This document shows, piece after piece, positions 26,252-39,200 of a stretch of DNA of 64,000 nt (position 1 is the first letter of the stretch; every line of letters begins with the position of its first letter). This DNA is from Macrostomum hystrix. Lineage: Eukaryota; Animalia; Platyhelminthes. A program made the translations under genes and the position numbers. Below the pieces are notes generated by a model. It had not been told where the DNA came from, made no database searches, and saw only the letters and a list, made by a program, of their open reading frames with translations. The stretch is taken from assembly GCA_950097015.1 (NCBI GenBank), contig CATNEN010000027.1:558001-622000 (forward strand). Direction: 5' to 3'.

Positions 26252-29200
26252 ATGGCACTTAAGTCTGCCGTTTCGTCAAGTAAGTATTTTTGTGTTATAT
26301 TAACTTTGTATTACTACGCTGTGTGTTCACTTAATGACCTGTGATTTTTTTCGTACTATACTATATCTCCTTTTATAAATATATATTTATGCAGAAAATT
26401 CATCAATCATAGAAATTAATTTTGATAGGAGCAAGAAAAACATAATTTCGTTTTTTATTGCAAAAATGTTACTAATTTATTTAATTTTACCTCAATGACC
26501 ACTGCCCATACCTATGGTAAAGGATGGGCAATGCAATCCAAGTTTGTAAAAGCCGCTTTAGTCAAAAACTGCATGGTAACAAAGAATGTTTCTCCGCAGA
26601 TATTCAAAACTATTGCTCTTGATTTTAACAAATGCAACAAATAGATCTGGCTTTTCCCCCATTCACTTATGCAATTGGTCTGTTTAAATAAAATGAAACT
26701 AAATGTATTTTGTTTCATGCTGCCACTCCTGATTCCAATGGCAGCATGCTAGGCGAAATCAGATTGTTGGTCTCTTAAACTTCCATAAAATGGCTTTTTC
26801 TATTGGAGGAATATTAATCAGCTAATTCCAATGAAAATTTAGCCCAATTCTTGATAATATTATGCAAACTATATGTAAGATATATCTTGTATGTTGATTT
26901 GTTTGTTTTGAAGTGTACTTTGCTAATTTTATTTTGTTTTCTTAGCTCAAAGTAGCAAGCAGTTTCAGATACTACAACCAAGTTTTAATCAAGAACATTA
27001 CAAAATTGTCGCATTTTTAATAAGCGCAACTTAGCTTTTAAAGTTACTTTTTTGGTTAAGATAAAAGTTATACTCTTCCTGAGATATTCCTATCCAAATA
27101 GTGTTTCCAATCATAATCTGTGTTGTCTACCATCTTAAATCTCATAGAAAACAGCTGGATTTCTGAAATGTATGAAAAGCATCAGAAAACAAAAATTATA
27201 AATTATTATATTTTTATGACCATGTATTCTCAGATATCTCTAAATCAAAATGGCCACATGTCAAAACAGCTACTTAACAAAGTAGTCACTCATAAAATGG
27301 CCAAGAATTTCTTTTATTTTAAGTACTTCAACCTCATTAGGACAAAAATGTGAAAATGTGTTCTTCTAGTTGTCAGAATAATTAAGTAAGAATCAATGCA
27401 AGAAAAAAAAGAATTTATATTGCCAATACAATAAAGATGTTCCATTATTTAACAATTGAAAGACTACACTATTTTTCCCATGGGGTAAAAACACAGGAAA
27501 GTATTTCAAATATCCACTGCCTACTTTACGATAGCTCCCAAACTGAATGACAGATTTTTGTCAAAGTACACCATATAGATCAAAATTTTCACCTGTTACA
27601 ATGAACTATGAGTACTATTTATAGCTGTATAAGTCAGCATTTTCAAGATATTCCTGAGTGAATTTTGTTGAAGACCTTGTCATAAGAACAAGTAGTTCAT
27701 TGCTCTGTATTAAGCTTCTGTGGCAAATCTGTGGTACTGATTTATACTCACACATTTCATTTTAATCTAGTGGTATACAAGCTTAATATGTAACAAATGT
27801 ATCTATGGCAACTCATTCTTATTCAATTGTTCAGTTCAGCAACATGTCCATGATTGTTTAGCCTTGGTTGATAGCATCAACAAGTTTTTCATACTCTCAT
27901 TCATTCATTCATTTTTCATACTGTCAAACCTTTTTTAAGGCCAATTTGAAATGGCTCAAGTGATAATTGATAATTCAAATGATAATCTAGGGAATATGAT
28001 TATCTTCTCTTCAATGATTGGGCCCATTCTCAGAAACTCACAAACCTTCCACAACCAGAGATTATGCGCGAGGTGATCCGCTCTCTCAAGAAGGAAGGCG
28101 ACTGGAAGGTGCTGATAGTGGACAAGCTCTCTATGCGGATGATCAGCGCCTGCTGCCGCATGCATGAGATTATGTCCGAGGGCATCACCCTGGTTGAAGA
28201 CGTGTCCAAGAAGCGCGAGCCCCTGCCCCTAGAAGCAATCTACCTGCTGCAGCCAACGCGCGAGTCTGTCCAGCTGCTGATGGCCGACTTTAGCGGCGTC
28301 CGCATGCAGTACCGCGCCGCTCACGTGTTCTTCACCGAGGCCTGCCCGGACGATTTGTTTAGCGAGCTTTGCAAAAGTCCTACTAGCAAGTTTATCAAGA
28401 CTCTGAAGGAGATTAACATCGCCTTCCTGCCCTACGAGAGCCAAGTGTTTAGCCTGGACAGTCCCGACACCATCTTTCATTATTTCCTGCGCGACCAGGC
28501 TGGCAAAACTCAGCATCTGGACCGCATCGCTGAGCAGATTGCCACCCTGTGCGCTTCGCTTGGCGAATTTCCCACCATTCGCTATCGAGCATTCAACGAG
28601 ACCAATCACCAGTTCGCTAACGCCATCAATTTCAAACTGGAGCAATACAAAGCCGACGATCCGTCTATGGGCGAGGGACCGCAGAAGGATAGGAGCCTGT
28701 TGATTGTGCTGGACCGGGGCGCCGATCCCATCACGCCGCTGCTGCACGAGCTCACCTTCCAGGTATAAACTGTCTGTCTGCTGGTTTCTGATTGGCTGCT
28801 GCCTTATCTGATTGCTGATCTTCTGATTGGCTGCAGCTTCATCGGTGCCGATTGTCTGATTGGCTATTGCTTTATCGATGCTAATGTTCTAAAATTTGCA
28901 GCCTTATCTGATTGCTGATCTTCTGATTGGCTGCAGACTTATCTGATTGCTGATCTTCTGATTGGCTGCAGCCTTATCTGATTGCTGATCTTCTGATTGG
29001 CTGCAGCCTTATCGGTGTCGATTGTCTGATTGGCTATTGCCTTATCGATGCTAATGTTCTAAAATTTGCAGCCTTATCTGATTGCTGATCTTCTGATTGG
29101 CAATTTTCAAAACTCAAACGCAGGTTGCCTTGTCGTTTACTGCTGAAGTTTATCTCTGCTCAGCTCTCAACTTTAATAGCATCTTTTTTCAACAATTCTA

Positions 29201-32200
29201 GTTTTCTGTTTAGGTTCTCAGACATCATTACTTTGACTTGTACATATATTAGAAGTTAATTTATCCGTAAGTTTAAAAGACTTCGAAAAAGGTATGATTA
29301 GAAAATTGTTTTTAGGCCTTATCTCGTCACGATATTTACATGTCCGTTCGGGTCACTGCACGTAGGTATAGAAAATATTGTCGTTTTCGACCAAGAATAG
29401 TCCATAAAAAATTAAAAGTACAACTAAAACCAGATTTATTTTTCTTCTCACTCAGCAAGGCTCATCTAAGTATTGTTTATAGATTATTCTACACGTCTCT
29501 ATTCCTCCTGTGTCGAAAAATCCCCTCATCTTGCATACATTAATTTCTAACTATCTGGTCAGCACTAAACTCTGTCTGAACTCTGTGGGTCTCCATAACC
29601 AATGCTCTGCTGGCAACACTCCCTTCCTGCCGTCTCTCCCTGTCAGGGCTTTATTTCCTCATTTGCTGATGTGTTCCGAGCCATCTGTAGCTCGTACTTG
29701 GTCATGACCAAATTGTAGATGCCAAAAAGATAAAAGTTTCAGATGCCAAAGAGATAAAAGTTTCAGATGCCAAAGCTGCAATAGTTTCAGATGCCAAAGC
29801 TGCAATAGTTTCAGATGCCAAAGCTGCAATAGTTTCAGATGCCAAAGCTGCAATAGTTTCAGATACCAAAGCTGCAATAGTTTCAGATGCCAAAGCTGCA
29901 ATAGTTTCAGATGCCAAAGCTGCAATAGTTTCAGATGCCAAAGCTGCAATAGTTTCAGATGCCAAAGCTGCAATAGTTTCAGATGCCAAAGCTGCAATAG
30001 TTTCAGATGCCAAAGCTGCAATAGTTTCAGATGCCAAAGCTGCAATAGTTTCAGATGCCAAAGCTGCAATAGTTTCAGATGCCAAAGCTGCAATAGTTTC
30101 AGATGCCAAAGCTGCAATAGTTTCAGATGCCAAAGCTACAATAGTTTCAGATGCCAAAGCTACAATAGTTTCAGATGCCAAAGCTGCAATAGTTTCAGAT
30201 GCCAAAGCTGCAATAGTTTCAGATGCCAAAGCTGCAATAGTTTCAGATGCCAAAGCTGCAATAGTTTCAGATGCCAAAGCTGCAATAGTTTCAGATGCCA
30301 AAGCTGCAATAGTTTCAGATGCCAAAGCTGCAATAGTTTCAGATGCCAAAGCTGCAATAGTTTCAGATGCCAAAGCTGCAATAGTTTCAGATGCCAAAGC
30401 TGCAATAGTTTCAGATGCCAAAGCTGCAATAGTTTCAGATGCCAAAGCTGCAATAGTTTCAGATGCCAAAGCTGCAATAGTTTCAGATGCCAAAGCTGCA
30501 ATAGTTTCAGATGCCAAAGCTGCAATAGTTTCAGATGCCAAAGCTGCAATAGTTTCAGATGCCAAAGCTGCAATAGTTTCAGATGCCAAAGCTGCAATAG
30601 TTTCAGATGCCAAAGCTGCAATAGTTTCAGATGCCAAAGCTACAATAGTTTCAGATGCCAAAGCTGCAATAGTTTCAGATGCCAAAGCTGCAATAGTTTC
30701 AGATGCCAAAGCTGCAATAGTTTCAGATGCCAAAGCTGCAATAGTTTCAGATGCCAAAGCTGCAATAGTTTCAGATGCCAAAGCTGCAATAGTTTCAGAT
30801 GCCAAAGCTGCAATAGTTTCAGATGCCAAAGCTGCAATAGTTTCAGATGCCAAAGCTGCAATAGTTTCAGATGCCAAAGCTGCAATAGTTTCAGATGCCA
30901 AAGCTGCAATAGTTTCAGATGCCAAAGCTACAATAGTTTCAGCTGCTAATTTTGCTACCTAAACTGTACCTAACCTACCTGCATCCGCAACACGCAGGCC
31001 ATGGCCTACGATCTGATCCCGATTGAAAACGACGTCTACAAGTACGTCAGCAGCACAGCCGGCGATGAGCGAGAGCGCGAAGTTGTGCTTGACGAGCGCG
31101 ACGACCTTTGGGTTGAGTTGCGCCACCTGCACATCGCCGTTGTTGGCCAGAATGTCACGTCTAAGCTGAAGCAGTTTTCAGAGGCCAAGCGCATGGGCGC
31201 CGGGGGTACCGGAGTCCGCGACCTGGCACAGATGATGAAGAAAATGCCGCAGTACCAGAAGGAGCTCAGTGCTTATAGTACTCATTTTCACCTGGCCGAG
31301 GACTGCATGCGAAACTATACTGGTCGAGTTGACAAGCTTTGCAAGGTGAGGGCTTTCAACCTTTATTCCTTATAATTAGGAATTAGGACGACATTCCAAA
31401 ATGGTCAGTAAACCCTCTGACCCACATTCCAAAATGGTCAGTAAACCCTCTGACCCACATTCCAAAATGGTCAGTAGACCCTCTGACCCACATTCCAAAA
31501 TGGTCAGTAGACCCTCTGACCCACATTCCAAAATGGTCAGTAAACCCTCTGACCCACATTCCAAAATGGTCAGTAAACCCTCTGACCCACATTCCAAAAT
31601 AGTCAGTAAACCCTCTGACCCACATTCCAAAATGGTCAGTAAACCATCTGACCCACATTCCAAAATGGTCAGTAGACCCTCTGACCCACATTCCAAAATG
31701 GTCAGTAAACCCTCTGACCCACACTCTAAAATGGCCAGTAAACCCTCTGACCCACATTCCAAAATACACATCCGGACATCGCCAGTTGCCATACTGATCC
31801 CAGACACAAACAAGTGAAACAAGGCATTCGCCTCACTCCAGGTGGAGCAGGACCTCGCTATGGGCTGTGACGCCGACGGCGAGAAAGTACGCGATCACAT
31901 GCGCGCCATTGTGCCCATCCTGCTGGACGCCTCCGTCACCGCCTACGACAAGCTGCGCATCATCCTGCTGTACGTCATCCACAAGACCGGCGTGTCAGAG
32001 GAGAACCTGGCCAAACTGCTGCAACACGGCCAGATTCCTGAGCAGGAGAAGCCTATACTGCTCAACGCCGCAAACCTGGGCGTGCCGGTCATTCAGGACG
32101 GCAAGGGCGGCGTTGGCGGCCTGATGGACGGCGGCAGGCGCAAGGTGAAATTCCTATCCTTTAGTAACATGCTACCGACACAGATTACATGCCCCTACCC

Positions 32201-33441
32201 CCTGATTGGATGATTCTCCCTACCCCCTGATTGGATGATTCTCCCTACCCCCTGATTGCATGATTCTCCCTACCCCCTGATTGGATGATTCTCCCTACCC
32301 CCTGATTGCATGATTCTCCCTACCCCCTGATTGGATGATTCTCCCTACCCCCTGATTGTATGATTCTCCCTACCCCCTGATTGCATGATTCTCCCTACCC
32401 CCTGATTGCATGATTCTCCCTACCCCCTGATTGGATGATTCTCCCTAACCCCTGATTGCATGATTCTCCCTACCCCCTGATTGGATGATTCTCCCTAACC
32501 CCTGATTGCATGATTCTCCCTACCCCCTGATTGGATGATTCTCCCTAACCCCTGATTGCATGATTCTCCCTACCCCCTGATTGCATGATTCTCCCTACCC
32601 CCTGATTGGATGATTCTCCCTACCCCCTGATTGGATGATTCTCCCTACCCCCTGATTGTATGATTCTCCCTAACCCCTGATTGCATGATTCTCCCTACCC
32701 CCTGATTGCATGATTCTCCCTAACCCTTGATTGGATGATTCTCCCTACCCCCTGATTGCATGATTCTCCCTAACCCCTGATTGGATGATTCTCCCTACCC
32801 CCTGATTGGATGATTCTTCCTTTATTGAGTACATGCTTTCTACCTAGAAATGAACGAATAAGACATACAGAATAAGCACAAGGTACTTACCGTGTCTGAA
32901 TCTGCAAAATATCTCAAAAATCCCATTGAAAAAGCCTTCCTAAAGAGCGCACCAAAAATCCCCTCTCCAGGCGGCCCAGCCCTACCTCCCGGCCCACCGG
33001 CGTGAACGCGATAACGCCACCCAGTACCAGCTGAGCCGTTGGACTCCCTTCGTCAAGGACGTGATGGAGGACGCCATCGAGGATCGCCTAGACCAGAAGC
33101 TGTTCCCGTTCCTAGGCTCCGTGCCGCAGCGGCCTCGGCCAGGCGGCGCGGTGCCATCCCGCTACGGCCAGTGGCACCAGCAGCAGAAGGGCCCGCAGCA
33201 GAAGGCGGCCGGGCCTCGCCTAATTATCTTCTTCGCTGGCGGAGTCACCTACAGCGAGATGCGCTGCGCCTACGAAGTCAGCCAGGCTGCCAAACAGCGC
33301 AACTGGGAGGTCATCGTCGGCGGCACGCACATCCTCACTCCGGAGGGCTTCCTGGCCGATCTGAAGCGCTGCAGCCCTGAAGGTGCCCTCGAACAGGCCT
33401 CTGGCGCTGCCGCGGCTGGAGGTCCCAGCTCTGCCGCCTGA
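26252..33441 (+). CDS. STXBP1: Sec1/Munc18 protein (syntaxin-binding protein 1 / unc-18 / Rop), 5 coding exons, 617 aa
   Basis: Exons 26252-26279 (MALKSAVSS+A|GTAAGT), 28059-28762, 30998-31345, 31842-32144, 32971-33441; phases consistent, total 1854 nt. Recognisable Munc18 blocks: [83 protein letters not shown]. Confidence 0.96.
28785..29100. repeat. ~35-bp degenerate repeat (TTATCTGATTGCTGATCTTCTGATTGGCTGCAGCC)n, Munc18 intron 2
   Basis: Begins just after the donor; contains an internal larger duplication. Confidence 0.85.
29720..30942. repeat. 24-bp minisatellite (TTTCAGATGCCAAAGCTGCAATAG)n, Munc18 intron 2
   Basis: About 50 nearly identical units; source of the LASETIAA pseudo-ORF. Confidence 0.98.
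31391..31765. repeat. 33-bp minisatellite (CACATTCCAAAATGGTCAGTAAACCCTCTGACC)n, Munc18 intron 3
   Basis: About 11 units filling most of the intron. Confidence 0.96.
32190..32818. repeat. 25-bp minisatellite (TACCCCCTGATTGGATGATTCTCCC)n, Munc18 intron 4
   Basis: About 25 units. Confidence 0.96.
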
Positions 33442-36221
33442 GAGCTGGTAGGCTGGCAGTTATTTATCTGACAGATTCGACATTATCAATTCGTTAGTCT
33501 TTTTTATTGGTCTCTGTAGTTTAGCCTTGCTTGCACCGCTGTCTCTCTGTTTTAAGTTCACAATTTTTGTGTTCCTTTCCTCCGGCTCTGTGATAGCATA
33601 GCGGATCGCGTTTTATAGTCAGAGAGTGGCTTAGTTTAGCCCTTAATTATGTTATTTTATTTATTCTTAATATTTTCCTCTTTGAAATTGATGTTGTGAA
33701 TTAATTTCTATAATCTTATTCTATCTGAAAAAGTGCAATCTTTCCATTTTTTAACGAAAAGAAATTGTGAAAATCTACGAGCGATATTTCGTGCAATATT
33801 TTGAACCTTTTTGTCATGTAGTATGCTACTTACAGTAGTGCAAAATCACTGACATTCGATTTTTTACCATGCTTTATAAAATGTACAATGAACTTTTTTC
33901 ACTTTTGTTATAAACAATCACTGATATCCAGATAAAGTTATCTACTTATTACAAGTAAAAAACTACTAATATATTACTAATATTTTTGTTTTTTGCATTT
34001 TCAGCTTCTTCTCTTGCTAATTCTAGAGAAATATTATTTAAAAAACCCTTGCAACGACTATTAATTATAAATTAGTATATATAATTTTATCTAGTATTTC
34101 ATATACAGACGCAAGTTATTGAGTTAAAATGAATTTCCTGACCACAATCCGCCTGCGCTTCATGTCGATGCATAATATTATTTCTTATTAATATACATAT
34201 ATATATATGCGTATTATTTAACGTACACGAAAGGCTACATTTTAATTTATCGCTAAGATAATTGTACCATCCCAGAACGTCGCTGTCCCGTCGCACTAGC
34301 TTTCCCGAAAAAATTGTTATTCTATATATATTATTTGAATAATTTAATTCGCTCCGGCTTTAGTAGAGTCAATTTATAACAAAATTTGCCGGAAGAAGAG
34401 TTGAACCTGCTCCTTTATTTTAATCCTTCGCTCTTTGCGGACGTATGCTAATAGTTTCAGTTCTTACATTTTCTAAAGCGATATCGTTCTATTATTTGGC
34501 ACCAAAATTCTAAAATCAATATTTAGTACCCAGCGTCTGTTATGTTTTGTAGATATAGAATAATGAAATAGATATAAATTATCTCTCAGTGTTGTCCCTA
34601 GTGCTGGCTTTTACACACGCATACACACAACTACATATTTCGATTTCCTCTGCAACACGTTAATTATATACTAACTTGATCTTCTGCCATGACTTGAGAA
34701 TATTGGTCTTATTTCTTTTGTCTTTTATCGTCAGCATTTGGTTGGGAAAGCAGTTTTTTACATGCGCATAGCAGATGTAGTTTCAATTGTTCGACTCTAT
34801 ACTACTATTACTAGTAGTGTAATGAGCACTGCAGCTAGAGTCTTTAAATTGATTTACAGGTCAAGTTGGTCTACTATTCAGTTTAGTTGCTTGAGTACGC
34901 AAGCTTATGCATATTTATGATTATATTCCGGTTTGATAAATCAATTTCGATTTTATAGCAATTACGGATTTCAGTTTGCACTTATGAATATATAATACCG
35001 AGAGTCTGTAAATCGAATCAGAAATAATTTGATACAGTAAAGGCGGCCTCTTAAACTGTTCCTCTTAAGTCCTGATTAGTCCATTCAGAGAAAACGCGGT
35101 CTGAGAATTTGCATTTGCTCCAGGATTTGCGATCGAAAATATTTACGAAGTCCATGGTCGATGCGTGTTCTTTTCCTTTTGCAATGCCAGTGGTCTTGCT
35201 TTTTCAATACGTTTGTTCGATATAGTCCACATGAAAGAGTCAAAGCAAAGCAATTAGGTTGATTGTGACTGGTGGGTTGGGAATTATAACTGTTAAATAA
35301 TATTGGCATTTTATTGCATTTTGAATTAAGTTCTGGTGGTTATAGAAAACAACATCTTCCAATAGTGGTACGAATAGTCAATATTTAAAGCTATATTATT
35401 AATACGAGCTAGTTTTACTCGATCTAGCTGCTGAAATATTTTCGCACTCACTTCTCTTCGGCTATGCAATTGTTTTCTCTGTCCTAGGCTTTTTCGAGTT
35501 GCTGTGCACCTTGATAGCACCGATTAGATCGGTATAAATGGTGCACCTAATTCATACTTATTGCATCCCACGATGACATGTCGCGACACGCGCTTTCTTT
35601 ACTTTCTAGTTATCCACCTCTTTTGTAATTGCATGGGTTCACACTAATAAGCGTTCGAACTGCAATATCAATTTTTAAATCTACAGCGATAAATCGTCAA
35701 CTAACCTAGCTCAGCATGCTTCTTACGTAACTAATAGTTTTGAAAAATTAACAGTGCTATCTTTTAATTCCTCCCATCATACTAATTAAAAACATTCAGC
35801 TTTGTTGTACTTCAGCTGCGTTATAATGAATTGAAAACTCGAACGAATTTGGATTTCAATTTTTCTATGAAAAAGATCGCATGCAATGTCGACGAGACGA
35901 CGACCTATGAGACATGAATAACATTGCATTTAATGTTATTCATGCTCCTATTTGCTCATAGCTCTTAAATAATGTAGATGGCTATTATGCTTAACAGCGC
36001 CACCGAACAACTAAATATTAACACTGTGCAACTGTTTCAAAATTTTTGTTGTGTATACATATGACTTCTCGCTTCTCGTTCTTTTCATTTTATCTAACGT
36101 TGACAATAAAATTGTCTTTTTGTACACTGTTACTGTTAGCCGCTTTCGTTGTGAAACTGTCACAGGTCTACAGTCAGGTTACTGTTTGGTAGTGTAGTAT
36201 ATTTTGGCAAATTGGTTTGCT

Positions 36222-36265
36222 ACAAGGACTACTAAACAACACTTTAGTTGTTTAGTAGTCCTTGT
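36222..36265. repeat. Perfect 19-bp inverted repeat with a 6-nt spacer
   Basis: ACAAGGACTACTAAACAAC-ACTTTA-GTTGTTTAGTAGTCCTTGT. Confidence 0.95.
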
Positions 36266-39200
36266 GTTTGCTATTCAAGAAATTAATGGCATACCTTTTT
36301 TCTCTTTTATTTAAAATTTAAAATAAAATTAGAAGTTTATAATTTTCTTAAATTTATTTATGCATTTTGGATGGTATAAAACTTAACATAATATTTATAT
36401 TTATAATTTCCGTCTGTAGCTTTAACTGTTACTATTATTAGATAACATGTAAATGTAAATATAATTTTCTTTTTGTATAGATAGTTATTTCCAAAAAATG
36501 CAAATCAAAATATAAAGATTGAAAACAACTTAAGTGCAACTAAACCTTCTAGTAAATCATTTTTATCAAATAAGCTACTATTACACTTGTTTCACAGTAT
36601 AATTTAGGCATTTTCTAAGCAAACTTTCCAATTTCTTTTTCTAAATCTTTTTTTTTACTGAAAATGATTTGTCTCTTAAATTTTTTTTCTATTTGTTCAA
36701 GTTCCAAATTTTGTGTTATGTTGCAAGCAATAATTTTTGATTGGCAATTCAATTCCTCTCTGTTAGCTAATCATCAAGATTTGAATAAATTGAATATAAT
36801 GTTCAATAAATTATAAATTGCATATTTCACCTATCAGTTGTCACTGATTGTCCCAAGAGCAAGATTGGCTTTATTTGTTCTTGCTATGACAATTCTGTCT
36901 TGGTGATATTAGGTGGATAACATACACTACTATCTAGGGGTAAACATATTGACATTGACATATTTTTGTATTAGTGTTTATCAATAGGACCTATCTCTAT
37001 AGTCTAGTGAGTTTTCAAGTGGGATATCAATTGCCACCCAACCAATTAACTGTTGCTATGCAGATCTCAGTTGCCACCCAGACCACAGCTGACCAGTCAG
37101 CTGATCTAGCTGGTCTGCGTTTTCGCCTGTGCCTGGTAACTGACCAGCTGGTGAAGCTTCGCCACGCTGCCAAGACTGTCGATTCGGACAGCAGCACCAG
37201 CAGCAGCAGCAGCAGCAACAGAGTTGTTGCTGACTTCGCTGCAATTAAAACAGAGAATTCAGCATCGAATCGCGCGATACCTGCATCAGGTCGCGTTCGT
37301 CAGCGCCAGCTGCATCGTCGCCGCCTTCAGCTGCGGCCATCCACCTTTGGCTTGTCATCGATTCTATGGCCCGGCCTCGCCGTGGCTATCTACCTGGCCT
37401 GCCTTCACCTGGCCCTTGCTGCCTGTCTTCTGTCGTCCAGAACAGCAGCAGCAACTGTGTAATTCTTGTTACTCCATTTCTCTAAAAAGTTTTGTTTTAC
37501 TGGCTAAACCCTACTTACAGTAGTATATAATGTAGATTTTTCGCTGATCTCAGAATTAAAAGTACTTACTTAGCTACTGAATATGTGTTTTTTTAATTTA
37601 TCGATAATGACTAATGAGTTAGTTCGTATTCTAAAAATATCAATTATTGCTCATCTTTTTGTTTTTTTGCTGCTGTTTTCACGAATTGTCTTCCTTATAC
37701 TTATTCTTTTGTTGTATTTGAGTAAGCATTTAAATTGAAATTTAAAAGTATATCGTGTGCCAAATAATACCGTAGATTTTTGTTCTAACGTTAGGAGCGT
37801 AAATACAAATATTTTTTGGTCATTTTTAGACAATTGATATGTCTACTACACTACTAGTAGTACACCTATATAACATTTGCTAAATGATAATTTTTTACTT
37901 TCACAATTTTTCTAATTAATAATAAATTAATAAAATTAACAGCTGGAGTAAAAAAGAGCCACTTCCGCGTATGATTAACCATCACCGTTGCAAGTTTCAT
38001 TTCAGTCAATATTCGCTAATCACTATTCTATTGTTCATGATTCGTTCCTTAATCTCTGGCGTATTTAGTGTCCGTCATCAATATATGCGCCCTGTGTCAT
38101 GCTATCAAATTCTTTCTCTCTCTGTGTGTGTTTTTCAGCTTGTTTAGCTAGCTTTTATCATCGGATCGATGATCTAGCTTTTCGTTGTCCCGATCGCATT
38201 ACTGCGGCGACTGTTGCTATTTGCCGCGGTGAAACAGGCCATGCGGGTGTAACGGGATGCGAACAGGCTGCAGTCTGGCCTTGTTGAGGCATCATCGGTT
38301 GAGAATGTTTTCTCCAAGTCCGCATAGGCTGCATCGTCCCATTCATTCTACTGGTTGGCTTGCTTTGCATTTAGCATTTGTTTACCCTAGCGACCGTGAA
38401 GGGGTTTGATAGGGAGCTCACGGATGCTGAATCGGTCTATAACCAAATACTCCCACCGGCCCCACTTCCCTCTACTACTGTTCCAGCGGATGCCGGTTGC
38501 TCTCCATTGTGCTGTTCTCTGCATTTACGCTTGCTAGTGCGAAAGGGCCGCCCTCACAGAGCTGTCAGTCAGTCCTCTCAGCCTCCCCCCCCCGGGCTAA
38601 TGATCTGGTCCTTAGGAAGCTTAATATGCGCGATGCACGAATTGATTTTTACCTTGTTTGCAATTGCTTTGAGGAGAGAATACATAGAAATGCTTTGATA
38701 CAATGACCCGGCAACGCCCACACGCTGTGAATCACGTTTGCTCGTCTCCTCTTCCCGCATTATCACCTTGGCTACGCTTGAAGAGCTGGCTCTGCAGCCG
38801 GGGGCAAATGGGAGTGGCAGCAGCAGCAGCAAGAGTAGAGAGAGAGAGAGAGAAGCCACTACCCCCACAGCCCGCTGACAGGAAGTCAATCCCACTTCGG
38901 CTGGCTATAGGCCCTTTTATTTCCCACTGGCCTTACCCACCTGCGTGCATTAGATGAAGAGAGCTGTCCTCCCCCATCCTCTTCTCTTCTCTCCTGTACC
39001 GCAAGTTTTTTTTAGCCCCCCACCAATTCCCAACTGGAGTGAGTGTTTAGAGTACTTTGCTGGGGGACGGAGATGTGGGAGATGAAGAAGGAGCTGGGCG
39101 CCGTCAAGTCGTCCCCAGTCTCGAGCTACTCCATTTTCTTCATTTAACTTTTTCTATTGCGCTTTGTGCCACCAAATATTTGTCCAACATTTTATCAGTG

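Noticed and set aside
29702-30925. 407-aa [11 protein letters not shown] and overlapping QLWHLKLL ORFs
   Set aside because: Translation of a 24-bp intronic minisatellite, antisense within Munc18 intron 2.
38578-38895. Minus-strand ORF with a signal-peptide-like N-terminus
   Set aside because: The hydrophobic stretch comes from (TC)n and (CTG)n microsatellites; GTG start; no supporting splice structure.
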